DNA of 64,000 nucleotides from the human T2T-CHM13v2.0 reference genome, Homo sapiens (GCF_009914755.1 NC_060932.1); one strand, 5' to 3'; shown: positions 12,540 through 25,322, counted from the stretch's first letter. Program-made: numbers and translations. The notes: generated from the sequence alone by a model not told the origin.

Positions 12540-14850
12540 CTTCATGTTATTAAAACAAAAGCTAAAAAAAAAAGAGGACAGATCTATTTCTTTCTAAGAC
12601 GATGCTACTTTAGTAATTAATATTCATTAGGTAAAATACCAAACTAGTGGTGAGCCTGCTTATTGCTATTATCATACAGTTCACACATTTCTATCTTGTG
12701 CAAAAGATTAAAAATGCCTCGTTAATCCAAATATGCTATTTCTATATCAGTCCTCTGGAATACCAACTTAGTCATTATGTCAAAAATAGGGAATAAAGAC
12801 AGCCTACCATACCTTATTCTTAGTGAACATGTGCTCACTGCTGCTAATTATGACCTTTCCCAGTACTCAAAAATCATCCGTCCATTTCCTTCAAATATTT
12901 TACTGAGCATAAATGTCAAGATCCCTGGTCTATAGTTTTAAGACTCTGCCTAACCTTTTCGTAAACTTAGGACATTTTCCTTTCTTTACTCTCCTGGCAG
13001 CTCCCCAATTATCAATAGCTCCTCAAAGATTACTGACATCGATCTTATCTTCAAAATTACTCAGCACCCTAAATTAGATACTTCCTAAGCCAGAAAAGTA
13101 AGTCATTTGGAGAATTTGTTGTACTTTTTCTGTTCATATTTCTTCAACTATTTGGAATTTTAACTTCTCTTCATCATTTTAGTTTCTTCCTTCCAACATG
13201 AGGATTATCACGTTTGAAAGAAAAGATGAAAACAAAATTGAGGTTAAAAAGATCATCTTTTCCTCTTTAGCTATTTATTATTATAGTATTTGGCCTAGGG
13301 AGAGAACTTTCACAATCTGGTTCACAACGTAAGTAAAAACTTTGCTTTTTTAGAGATTTTGGAATTATTAGTGCACTTTGAGATTTAGCATTCCTGTTGC
13401 TGTTCTGAAATACACCTGCTAATGTCTTGCCATATTCTTTAATTCTCTCTTTGCTTTTTTCTTGTGTAGTTTACTTTTAATCTGTGCTTACCAGAGAACT
13501 TTATAGAAAGCACTTTGATCTTCCTAGATAACTCTCCCTGTTCTTTTTTACCAAGGTCATTCAGAATTCCATGGTCAAAACACATTTTGAAAGTTTCCTA
13601 TAAAACATTTCCACATCTAGAGTTAAAGCATGGTTTCTATGAATATATTGAATTATTCTTGCCAAAGTCTGATATTCACGACATCAATGTTAACATTTTA
13701 CTACTTCATTTATTCACTTAAAATAGATGTTGAGACTAGCACTTCAAACAGCACATATAACCACATATGATATAATTAATTTATCCATAAGTGACATCTT
13801 TGTCATTTCACAAAACAGATTCTCTATATTGGTTAATTTAAATCTATATTAGCATTTCTCTTTGTTTCTTTTTTTGTTAATCTTCTGAGATATAAAGTGG
13901 TTTGCAACGGGGAAAAAAAATCACTATTTTCTCTCAGTACTTGAAAATGTCCCAAATTTACAAAAAGGTTAGAACATATAGCCACTGTCTCTCTGCACTC
14001 TAACACAGAACACTTCAGGCACCAGAAGTTTGGGCTTTTTTGATACTGACCAATTCTCTGACACTAGATGGGTGTCCTACAATTCAATTCGATCCTGACA
14101 CTACCTACCTGGAGTTAGTGTCAGATCTCAGAAGTTAAGGGCTTAGTTTCATAAGTCTTCCCCTGCTGAAGATACTTATCACAATTTTGACTGGCTATGA
14201 ATTCAGGGTTCCCATGATCCTCTCCTTATTTTCCATAATTTGCTAGAATGGTTCATAGAATTCAGAGAAACTTTTCCTATGTCTACTGGTTTATAATGAA
14301 GTATACAACTCAGGAACAGCCAAATAAAAGAGATGCATAGGGCAAGGTATGAAGGAAGTGGGACACAGAATTTCTAGGCTGTCTCACCCTGATGTATTTA
14401 TCAACCTGGAAGCTCATCAAATCTCATTGCTCAAGAGATTTTATAGAGCTTAATCTTCAGCCCTACCCTACTTTCCTGGAGGTTGTTGGTTGGGGCTTGA
14501 AGTTCCAATCTTCTAATCACTTGGTCTTTCTGGGGGACTGAACCCAGCCTGAGGCTACCTAGAGCTCCACCACAAGTCACCTCATTAGCATAAACTCAGG
14601 TATGATCAAAACAGGCTCATTATAAATAACAAAAGCTACTGCTATCACTCAGGAAATTCCAAGGATTTTTGGAACTCTGTGCCAGGAAGCCTGAAAAAAG
14701 ACCAAATATATTTCTTATCATACTACAGTACTTTACTGATATTTGAAGGTCCCCATGGTATCGTTGACTCTGCAGCTCAGTTTTATGATCTATATCTGGC
14801 CAAGTATTTATAGTAAAGGCTCCCACATGTCCATCTGCTGGCAGTTTTAT
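12540..14850 (-). mobile_element. CR1/L3 LINE ORF2 remnant, interrupted by MER21
   Basis: ttattcttagtgaacatgtgct, atgtcaagatccctggtctatagttt, cctcaaagattactgaca and atttgaaggtccccat (degenerate MGDFN motif on the minus strand) resemble L3. Confidence 0.65.
13942..14727 (-). mobile_element. MER21-family solo LTR (MER21B/C)
   Basis: ggtgtcctacaattcaattc...ctacctggagttagtgtcaga; minus-strand start tgtagtatgataagaaatatatttggtc; candidate 5-bp TSD gtact. Confidence 0.85.
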
Positions 14851-14879
14851 AATTGTCTAAGAACTAAAGCTGGTTAAAT

Positions 14880-15000
14880 CTATCAATTCTAGAACCTAAT
14901 TTCAAACATTTAAATGCAGGAGATTGAGAACAGGGCTATGAATGACATTTTAAATAACTACCCAGATGAGTGTGAAAATAAACCATGTTTGGGAAACATT
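14880..15000. mobile_element. MER5-like hAT MITE fragment
   Basis: ttttaaataactacccagatgag...catgtttgggaaacatt resembles a MER5 end. Confidence 0.4.
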
Positions 15001-15132
15001 CATTTAGTCATACTCATATAAAAATGTAACTTTTATTCTGCCTAAATTATTTGCATCCATATATTCTCTTCCAGGATGTCACTATTAAATTTTGGAATTT
15101 CATATGATCTGATATTACCATCCCATTCCAAT

Positions 15133-15444
15133 CAGTTGTCTCTCAGTATCCATAGGGGATTGGTTTCAGGACACTTCTCAAATATCAAAATCCTTGAATG
15201 CTCAAGTCAGTGATATAAAATGGCATAATATTTGCATGTAACCTACAGACATCCTTTCATAGACTGTAATCTCTAGATTACTTATAATACCTAATACAAT
15301 GCAAATGCTATGTAAATAATTATTATACTATATTGGTTTTTAAATTTGAATTTTTTTATAGTTCTTTGTTTTTTCGTGAATATTTTTGATTCATGATTCA
15401 TTGAACCTTCATTTGTGGAACCTGCGGATATGGAGGACTCACTG
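15133..15444 (+). mobile_element. MER2 (Tigger-derived MITE)
   Basis: Terminal inverted repeats cagttgtctctcagtatccatagg / cctgcggatatggaggactcactg; internal ctctagattacttataatacctaatacaatg. Confidence 0.9.
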
Positions 15445-16529
15445 TATTAACAAATCTCCTGAGAATTATCTTATTCTCCCATCTGTTTTGTTGTTGTTTT
15501 GTTTGATAGGCAGTTAGATAGTTGGGAAAGGATAAACACAGTCCATTAATTTGGAAGATGAAAGGGGCCAGAAAGAGAGTGAAATACTCAAACAATCACA
15601 ATTTCTAACTATTTTGTTAAAAAAAACTAGTATCGATATTCATAAATGTGAACAGGAAAAAACTCAAAGATTAAAAAATTACTAATTAGTATAGCTCTCT
15701 TTTCTTCCCTTATAAGTCTCCTTGTGTAACCATTGATATATACATAAAGCATAGACCAGCATTAAGTAGACAATAATTTGTCTTGAGCTATACAGATGTA
15801 AGAAAATGTATTAATCCCATTTACTAGTAGATATTTCCTTTACATATTTACCTTTCTTTTGCAAAGTGTTGATTTTTGCCCCTAAATTTTGTTTTCTGCT
15901 CAAATTTCTTATTTTTGAAGTGTTTTCTTAAATCTTTCAAGCTGTATTATTTTTACTCTTATAAAAAGTAAAATTTTGTAAGACTTGGCAAAGTTGAGAT
16001 TGAGTGAGGAGTTTTCATCATTGCATAGATAGCCCATAGCTCAGAGAAATAATATAACTTCAACCCTATATATGAGTGTGTTTATACGTAAAATTCTTTC
16101 AGAAAATTTTATTCAGCATTTTCTATCTCCTATCTACATAGTGCATATGATCTTTGGGAATTCCAACAAATGAACAAGAAGTTACTACATAGAATAATAA
16201 GTTCTATGGTGAGAAAAGGCAAGTTACCTAAGCACCAAAGAATGGACATCTAAACTGTACTAAGGGATCAAACTTCCAGCAATTCTCATCCTGAGGTCAG
16301 TCACAAAATTCCCAAGAATTCCCTTTATGTAAAAAACAAGAATTTTTTTCTTTCTTTTCTTCCCCATAAAGCTAAGATGTAATGTTTACGGGAGATAGTC
16401 TCTTTTTTGTTTCTATCTTCTCTCCAACTTTTTCCTGTGTGCTTTCTCATGTACTCATTTCATAACCCTAACCTTGATGCCTTCCACCTTTTTTACACCT
16501 TTAAGTTAATTTTTTATAATATCATAATT

Positions 16530-16744
16530 AATATTGAATAAATACTGAGCTGAGCATCTCACAACAAAAAAAAATTAATTTTATTTATATCTCACATGAA
16601 CTTCACAATAACCTTGTGAGATTTGTATACTTATTGCAGAGATGGAAAAACTAAGGGAAAAAGTTTAGCTGGTCTGGGGTTACCCAGTCAGTAAATGTCA
16701 GAAGGAAAATAGCCTGAGAATGCTTTTATCCACTCTATTATGCT
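16530..16744 (-). mobile_element. MIR
   Basis: cttcacaataaccttgtgag...gcagagatggaaaaactaagg...cccagtcagtaaatgtcaga. Confidence 0.6.
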
Positions 16745-17659
16745 ATATTCATATCTCACATGGAAAGTAAAAAACAGAAAAGATACTGTAATTGTGAAAT
16801 GGCTTGACACAAAAGTAACCAAAATTAAAGACTGTGCATATGTTGAATATAGAGAAGATAAGATTGATTGGAAAGTGGTGATCAACATCAAATATGTGAA
16901 AAAAATAGCATATGGAACCTGTGGAATATGAAAGAGTTGTTCCTAATAGAATTTTAGTTCAAATTGTAAGTCAAAATGTAGAAGAAAATTTTAAATGACA
17001 TTTAATTTGCCCTGAGGGAAGTGAATAGCAAACCTATAGAATTTTCAAGTATTTGTGTGATTAAGTATGAATACGGATATGTAAAATAGACATGTTAGTT
17101 TTGGTGTTAAGAAACAACACCATTCACAAGAGAAAGAAGTCCATATAAATATATGCCTATTCCACAGTGCACCAATGTCAGGTAATAATAGCACAATTCA
17201 GAGACGACTTTCCTGATTTCTCACTTCTTCCTGCCTGGATTTACCTTCAAAACTAGAAGCCATTATTATAAATACATTTTAAAAAAATCCATTTTTTTTA
17301 TGATATGGAATAATAATTTTATCAGTTGTAGAATATCTTCTGAAAGAATGCAGATTTGTTAGCTTTGAGGTTCTCCATGTGTGCAGAAGTATCAGAGAAT
17401 CACTACAGCCATATTTTTTAGCAGTGATGGACTCTTCAGGTAATCACTGTTAAGAAAATCTTTATTACTACAGATAAATTATAACAAATTTATTATTTTA
17501 ATGAATTGCCTACAGTCATGATATATATATAGCATATATAATCTATATATACAGCATATATAATCTATATATACCTTCATATCACTATACCACATGCTTA
17601 TCACTAGATGTAGCAATGTTTGCTGAAATAATGTTCAAGTATTATGTAAATGTCCACAG

Positions 17660-17890
17660 ACTTGGTGCTTGTGATTTCCAAGCCTGAACCAAGCATATTA
17701 CATAATTTACTGATTCTTTACAGTAATCCTATGCTGGATAGGTGTTATAATCTATCTTCATTTTACAGGTGAAGAACTTTTGCTTTGAAAAAAATTTGCA
17801 ACTAGGCCACAATCATACAGTAAATACAAGATGAACTCTAGATTTAATCCAGGTCTATCTGTATTCAAAATCTTTACCCTTGTATTGTAT
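17660..17890 (-). mobile_element. MIR
   Basis: cattttacaggtgaagaac...gatttaatccaggtctatctg. Confidence 0.7.
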
Positions 17891-18347
17891 TTACTATACA
17901 GTGTATCACACGTGCAATGTATCTAGGTCATCAAATCAGGAATTGAACATTTGCTATAAATTTAGCCGTGTCTGTTCTAATAAAGCATCATATTGTTAGT
18001 ATTGCTTTATAATTTTAATTTTTATTATAAAATATATCAATATTTGAAGATAAAAATTATGTATCAGTAATTAGTTGCACATATCGTAATATTTTATTCA
18101 TTGAAAAACACAGTATTATACCATTATATGATACTCTAATTATGATAAGCATATCCTTATCAAAATTGGTACTAACTTTACACCAGAGACCTTCATTTTA
18201 GAGACTAGTGATTTAAGTCTCTCTGTTTGATTATTAGAATTATATTTCTGACAATCTCACAGACTAAATCAAGATAATTATTCATGCTGTTATATCCACT
18301 AAAGTAATGATATTAATCCCCTCCCTGTGTCTATGTGTTCTCATTGT

Positions 18348-21300
18348 TCAACTCCCACTTATGAGTGAGAACATGAGGTGGTTGGTTTTCTGTTCCTGTG
18401 CTAGTTTGCTGAGAATGATGGTTTCCAGCTTCATCCATGTTCCTGCAAAAGACATGAATTCATCCTTTTTGATGGCTGTGTATGTGCCACATTTTCTTTA
18501 TCCAGTCTATCACTGATGGGCATTTGGGTTGGTTCCAAGTCTTTGCTATTGTGAACAGTGCTGCAATAAACATACGTATGCATGTGTCTTTTTAGTAGAA
18601 CGACTTATAATCCTTTGGGTATATACTCAGTAATGGGTTTGCTGGGTCAAATGGTATTTCTGGTTCTAGATCCTTGAGGAATCACCATACTGTCTTCCAC
18701 AATGGTTGAACTAATTTACACTCCCATTAACAATGTAAAAGCCTTCCTATTTTTCCACATCCTCTGTAGCATCTGTTGTTTCCTGACTTTTTAATGATCA
18801 CCATTCTAACTGGCGTGAGATGGTATTTTGATACCATCTCAAATGGCGTGAGATGTGGTTTTGATTGGCATTTCTCTAATGACCAGTGATGATGAGCTTT
18901 TTTGACATGCTTGTTGTCCACATAAAAGTCTTCTTTTGAGAAGTGTCTGTTAATATCCTTAGCCCACTTTTTGATGGGTTTGTTTGTTTTTTTCTATTAA
19001 ATGTGTTTAAGTTCCTTGTAGATTCTGGATATTAGCCCTTTGTCAGATGGATAGATTGCAAAAATTTTCTCCTATTCTGTAGGTTGCCTGTTCACTCTGA
19101 TGATAGTTTCTTTTGCTGTGCAGAAGCTCTTTAGTTTAATTAGATCCCATTTATCAATTTTGGCTTTTGTTGACATTGCTTTTGGTGTTTTAGTCATGAA
19201 GACTTTGCCCATGCCTATGTCCTGAATGTTATTGCCTAGGTTTTCTTCTAGGGTTTTTATGGTTTTAGGTCTTACGTTTAAGTCTTTAATCCATCTTGAG
19301 TTAATTTTTGTATAAGGTTTAAGGAAGGGGTCCAGTTTCAGTTTTCTGCATATGGCTAGCCAGTTTTCCCAACACCATTTATTAAATAGGGAATCCTTTC
19401 CCCATTGCTTGTTTGTGTCAGGTTTGTCAAAGATCAGATGGTTGTAGATGTGTGGTGTTATTTCTGTGGCCTCTGTTCTGTTCCATTGGTCTATATATCT
19501 GTTTTGGTATCAGTACCATGCTGTTTTGTTTACTGTAGCTTTGCAGTATAGTTTGAAGTCAGGTAGCATGATGCCTCCAGCTTTGATCTTTTTGCTTAGG
19601 ATTGCCTTGGCTATATAGTCTCTTTTTTGGTTCCATATGAAATTTAAAGTAGTTTTTTTTAATTCTGTGAAGAAAGTCAATGGTAGCTTGATGGGGATAG
19701 CATTCAATCTATACATTTTTGGGCAGTATGGCCATTTTCACAAAATTAATTCTTCCTATCCATGAGCATGGAATGTTTTTCCATTTGTTTGTGTCCTAAT
19801 TTTCTTGAGCAGTGGTTTATAGTTCTCCTTGAAGAAGTCCTTCACATCCCTTGTAAGTTGTATTCCTAGGTATTTTATTCTCTTTGTAGCAATTGTGAAT
19901 GGGAGTTCACTCATGATTTGGCTCTCTATTTGTCTATGATTGGTGTATAGGAATGTTTGTGATTTTTGCACATTGATTTTGTATCCTGTGACTTTGCTGA
20001 AGTTTCTTATCAGCTTAAGGAGATTTTGGGCTGAGACGATGCGGTTTTCTAAATATACAATCATGTCATCTGCAAACAGAGACAATTTGACTTCCTCTAT
20101 TCTATTTGAATATGCTTCATTCCTTTCTCTTGCCTGATTGTCCTGGCCAGAACTTCCAATATTATGTTAAACAGGAGTGGTGAGAGGGCATCCTTGTCTT
20201 GTGCTGGTTTTCAAAGGGAATGCTTTTAGCTTTTGTCCATTCAGTGTGATATTGGCTGCGGGTTTGTCATATATAGCTCCTATTATTTTGAGATACATTC
20301 GATCAATACCTATTTTATTGAGAGTTTTTAGCATAAAGGGGTGTTGAATTTTGTCAAAGGCCTATTCTGCATCTATTGAGATAATCATGTCGTTATTGTC
20401 ATTGGTTCTGTTTATGTGATGGATTAAGTTTATTGATTTTTGTATGTTGAGCTAGCCTTGCATCCCAGGAATGAAACCAACTTGATTGTGGTGGATAAGC
20501 TTTTTGATGTGCTGCTGGATTCAGTTTGCCAGTATTTTATTGAAGATTTTCACATCGATGTTCATCAGGGACATTGGCCTGAAATATTCTTTTTTTTGTT
20601 GTGTCCCTGCCAGGTTTTGGCATCAGGATGATGCTGCCCTCATAAAATGAGTTAAGGAGGAATCCTTCTTTTTCTATTGTTTGAAATATTTTTAGAAGGA
20701 ATGGTACCAGCTCCTCTCTGTACCTCTGGTAGAATTTGGCTGTGAATCCTTCTGGTCCTGGACTTTTTTTGGTTGGTAGGCTATTCATCACTGCCTCAAT
20801 TTTAGAAATTGTTATTGGTCTATTCAGGGATTCGACTTCTTCCTGGTTTAGTCTTGGGAGGGTGTATGTGTCCAGGAATGTATCCATTTCTTCTAGATTT
20901 TCTAGATTATTTGCATAGAGATGTTTATAGTATTCTCTGATGGTAGTTTCTATTTCTGTGGGATCATTGGTGATATCCCCTTTATCATTTTTTATTGTGT
21001 CTATTTGGTTCTTCTCTCTTTTCCTCTTTATTATTCAGGCTAGTGGTCTATCTATTTTGTTGATATTTTCAAAAAACCATCTCCTGGATTCCTTGATTTT
21101 TTGAAGGGTTTTTCATGTCTCTATCTCCTTCAGTTCTGCTCAGATCTTAGTTATTTCTTTTCCTCTGCTAGCTCTTAAATTTGTTTGCCCTTGCTTCTCT
21201 AGTTCTTTAATTATGATATTATGGTGTCAGTTTTAGTTCTTTACTGCTTTCTCTTGTGGGTATTTTGTGCTATACATTTCCCTCTAAACACTGCTTTAGC

Positions 21301-21896
21301 TGTGCCCCAGAGATTCTGATACTTTGTGTCTTTGTTCATATTGGTTTCAAAGAACTTATTTATTTCTGCCTTAATTTTGTTATTTACCCAGTAGTCATTC
21401 AGGAGCAGGTTGTTCAGTTTCCATGTAGTTTTGCAGTTTTGAGTGAGTTTCTTAATCCTGAGTTCTAATTTCATTGCACTGTGGTCTGAGAGACTGTTTG
21501 TTATGATTTCTGTTGTTCTACATTTGCTGAAAAGTTTTTTACTTCCAATTATGTGGTCAATTTTAGAATAAGTGCAATATGGTGCTAAAAAGAATGTATA
21601 TTCTATTGATTTGGGGTGGAGAGTTCTATTGATGTCTATTAGGTTTGCTTGGTCCAGAGCTGAGTTCAAGTCCTGAATATCCTTGTTAATTTTCCATCTC
21701 ATTGATCTGTCCAATATTGACACTGAGGTGTTAAAGTCTCCCACTATTATTGTGTAGGAGTCTAAGTCCCTCTGTAGGTCTCTAAGAACTTGCTTTATGA
21801 ATCTGGGTGCTCCTGTATTGGGTGCATGTATATTTAGGTTAGTTAGCTCTTCTTGTTGCATTGATTCCTTTACAATTATGTAATGCCCTTCTTTGT
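18348..21896 (-). pseudogene. Disrupted L1 ORF2 (EN/RT)
   Basis: Fragmented ORFs 21241-21861, 20537-20887, 19756-20085, 19510-19716 and 18727-18921. Confidence 0.92.
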
Positions 21897-21934
21897 ATAC
21901 TGTGAGGGGAAAACCACCTACTCAAGCCACAGTA

Positions 21935-22153
21935 ATGGTGGATATCCTTCCCCCGACCAAGCTCGAGCATCCCAGGTCAACTTCAGACTGCTGTGCTGGC
22001 AGCGAGAATTTCAAGCCAGTGGATCTTAGCTTGCTGGGCTCCATGGGGGTGGGATCCACCGAGCTAGACCACTTGGCTCCCTGGCTTCAGCCCCCTTTCC
22101 AGGGGAGTGAACAGTTCTGTCTCGCTGGTGTTCCAGGCATCACTAAGATATGA
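21935..22153 (+). CDS. Putative L1 ORF0-like antisense ORF, 72 aa
   Basis: MVDILPPTKLEHPRSTSDCCAGSE aligns with ORF0 MAGAPPPASLPPCSLISDCCASNQ; gtaATGg Kozak context; no evidence of expression. Confidence 0.3.
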   Translation: MVDILPPTKLEHPRSTSDCCAGSENFKPVDLSLLGSMGVGSTELDHLAPWLQPPFQGSEQFCLAGVPGITKI

Positions 22154-23599
22154 AAAAAAACTCCTGCAGCTAGCTTGGTGTCTGCCCAAATGGCTGCCCG
22201 GTTTTGTGCTTGAAACCCAGGGCCCTGGTGGCGTAGGCACTGGAGGGAATCTCTTGGTCTGCGGGTTGCGAAGACCATGGGAAAAGCATCCTATCTGGGC
22301 CGCAGTGCACCATTCCTCATGGCACATTCCCTCAGGGCTTCCCTTGGCTAGAGGAGGGAGTTCCCCAACCCCTTGGGTTTCCAGGGTGAGGTGATGCCCC
22401 ACTCTGCTTCTGCTCATTGTCCTTGGGCTGCACCCACTGTCTAACTAGTCCCAATGAGATAGGCCAGGTACCTCAGTTGGAAATGGAGAAATCACCCACC
22501 TTCTGTGTTGATCTAACTGGGTGCTGCAGACCAGAGCTCTTCCTATTTGGCCATCTTGCCAGCCACCCTAATGAATGTCTTAAACATTCTTTTAAAACAG
22601 TGGAGTTCATTGATTATATAAATATGTAGCTCCCTTGCCTACTAACAAAAGTATTTATATTTAAGCAAAAATATTCTTCAACAGAAAATATGATTCTAAG
22701 GTTCATGTTAAAACCAAAATGTCCTTTTTTCTTGTAAGCTTATCAATAGTTTTTTGTTCATCTTAATTTTGAGGCATTTGTACCTTCTTATATTGACCTA
22801 ATAGAATACTAATTTTTAATAGATATTTTTTATCTTTTACAATATAATAATGATTACTTAGGATTTCACAGACTCTTGAAAATTTCCATGAAGCTTCAAC
22901 AGTTAATATTCAAAACATGAAATCAGGGCTTGGATCCCAATTTGCTTCTAATACAATATTAAAGCAAAATATGTATAAAATATTTATGTTATATTGGTTC
23001 TGAATTTATTTTTTATTTCAGAATAAAGTCTATCTAGATAATTTCACTTTGAAGGACATTTGTAAAACACAGTTATACTTGATAACTTAATAAAAATTTT
23101 GTAATAATTAAATAGTAATTTAATGTAGCTATATTGGAAAATATCTTATACAGAATAAGGTTTTGTATTTAAACCATTATGCTATGCACGGAATAAATTA
23201 TACAATATAATTTTTACTGTTGTAGCAGTATTAGGAATGAAATTGAAACACCAGTGTTTCATTCAATATCAGTAATGTTTTATCTTTAAATTTTATGTTA
23301 AAAATGCCTGCTGTATTTAGCTTTTTCAATGTTTTAAAACACCACATTAATTGTATAATAATTATATAGGGATGAATTCTTACTCTAGTACTATCCTCAA
23401 TGTGTAATAGCTTCATAATGTTTTAATTCAGGTGTAAGGTTTCTCTATATCATTCTAAGAGAATGAGGAAATTCCACTGTTTATTGAAACATATCCCTTA
23501 GAATGAATTACATGATTGCATTCTTAAACTGAGTAAGATCTTTCTTGTTCTAATTTGTGCTTATACCTAATGGGAAAAAAATTTTAATTTGATTCTATA

Positions 23600-24032
23600 A
23601 CAGAAAATGCCTAATTTTTTATCAAGTTTTTTTGTTTGTTTGTTTCCTCCTGGGCACACATGAAGACTACATTTCTTAGTATTCTTGAAGCTAGGTATAG
23701 CCATGTGCCTGAGTTCTGGCCACTGTAATATGAGTAGATGTGACCTACATCATTTTCAGGCCTGGTCCATAAAACCCTCCCATGTGTGATTTTTCATTCT
23801 CTTCATCTGTTTGTCAGTAGAATGGAGAAAATACTGAGGACTTTAGAGGATAACATAGCCACAAAATGAAAGGACCCTGAAAATCTGAATCACTGTATGG
23901 AGTAGAGCCCCTGCTGACCTACATTATATTGTTCCATGAAGAATAAATAAACATTTATTTTGCAAAGCTACTGAAGTTGTGTGTATATGTGTGTGTTTTG
24001 ATTGCAGCAGTGAGTTTACTCGGGCTATTGCA
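23600..24032 (+). mobile_element. MLT1J-type MaLR LTR
   Basis: gaagactacatttc...ccatgtgcctgagttctggcca...cctggtccataaaaccctccca...aataaacatttattttgcaaagctactga. Confidence 0.8.
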
Positions 24033-24151
24033 GATTCTAAATTCACTTCATACGTAAAAAGCTGGACAGAGAAAATTAAAGATTTAAATGTTAAAAAGAA
24101 AATTTGGAACATTCTGGAAGAGAATATGTATTTAAGACATCAAAGTTAGTT

Positions 24152-24305
24152 TATTTTTGTTTGCTTGTTTTTCTTTTATTATTTTTAGAGAGGAGGGGTC
24201 TCTTTATGTTTGCCAGGCTGGTCTTGAACTCCTAGCCTCAAGCAGTCCTTCCGCTTTGGCCTCCCAAAGTGTTGGGATTACAGCCGTGAGCCACCACATC
24301 TGGCC
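24152..24305 (-). mobile_element. FLAM_C / Alu left monomer
   Basis: Single monomer gtcttgaactcctagcctcaagcagtcc...tggcc with T-rich tail. Confidence 0.85.
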
Positions 24306-24639
24306 CAGAATAACAGTATAACATACAGAGATATACATTATAACAGTCACATACATTTCAAATACTTATAGCACGCAAAACATGCATATATATGCAACAC
24401 AATTATAAACAAAAGCAAAAGAGGTACAAATATAAACAAATATAAAAGGATAATAAACATGTTACCCTCGGGGATGGGGACAAATTGGGGAGAAACTCAC
24501 TAGTAGCTTGTCATTTCTTAATCAAGTTAGTTGACACATTTTACTTTATCTTATAATGAATTTTTAAAACATTTGTGACATTATTTAAAATTCATATTTA
24601 TTTTTGAACGGGTAAATTATTTTTACTATTATATACTTT

Positions 24640-24780
24640 TATTTAATTAGTCAGTAGTATTATGAGTATATTATGTACAATGCTATGTGCTAAATTCCTT
24701 AGCAGCAGAGGTGAGTAAGATATACCCCTTCTTTCATAGAAGTTGCTATTCAGGAGTTTTAAAGAAAAGTCAGAACTTTG
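24640..24780 (-). mobile_element. L2 3' fragment
   Basis: tattatgagtatattatgtacaatgctatgtgctaa...gcagaggtgagtaagata. Confidence 0.5.
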
Positions 24781-25322
24781 TTCTTCCATGTTCACAGATA
24801 ATGAATTTGTGCCTTGCTGCCAGTTTCCTCTCCTATACCTATGGCAGATGCACTAATCAGTCAGAGTAATCTTCTTTCTGACCCTGAATATAGGCAGGAA
24901 TTTTCAACACAATACTTCAAGCAGCTATTACTACTTGGTTACAGTTGACACACAATTTTAAATGTATACTCTCCTAGCTCTTTCACATTCATAGAATTTC
25001 AAAATATATATTTCCACACTTTTAAGTAAAAGCATTGATATGCATAGAGTACAAGGTGAGAAAGAGCTTACAAAAATTATTTAATTACTTTTCTATAACA
25101 ACACTATTTTCCTACTACATTTGGAGCTTGGTAGAATGCATTATAAGAAATGTAATTACTTTTGTGGTACAAAAAAAAAAACTATTTGAGAAAGGCCATT
25201 TTTGCAATAGAAACAATCACAATATAAAAACCATCTGCATGCACCATTTTATTTATGATTTAGGAGTTTGATTTCCATACATGTCTAATATATCATTTTA
25301 CAAATGACTCTTGATGAAGGAA

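Larger units (their letters stand above)
18317..22568 (-). mobile_element. L1PA7-like LINE-1; lacks 3' terminus and poly(A); internal deletion removes ORF1
   Basis: ORF2 peptides on the minus strand ([13 protein letters not shown]; [14 protein letters not shown]); 5' end ggtggctggcaagatggccaaatagg; 5'UTR fused directly to ORF2 endonuclease codons at about 21896. Confidence 0.93.

Noticed and set aside
21885-21910. Spliced-L1 (SpIRE) explanation for the 5'UTR-ORF2 junction
   Set aside because: The putative acceptor is purine-rich with no polypyrimidine tract, and the junction is not at the known 5'UTR donor near nt 97; microhomology fits better.
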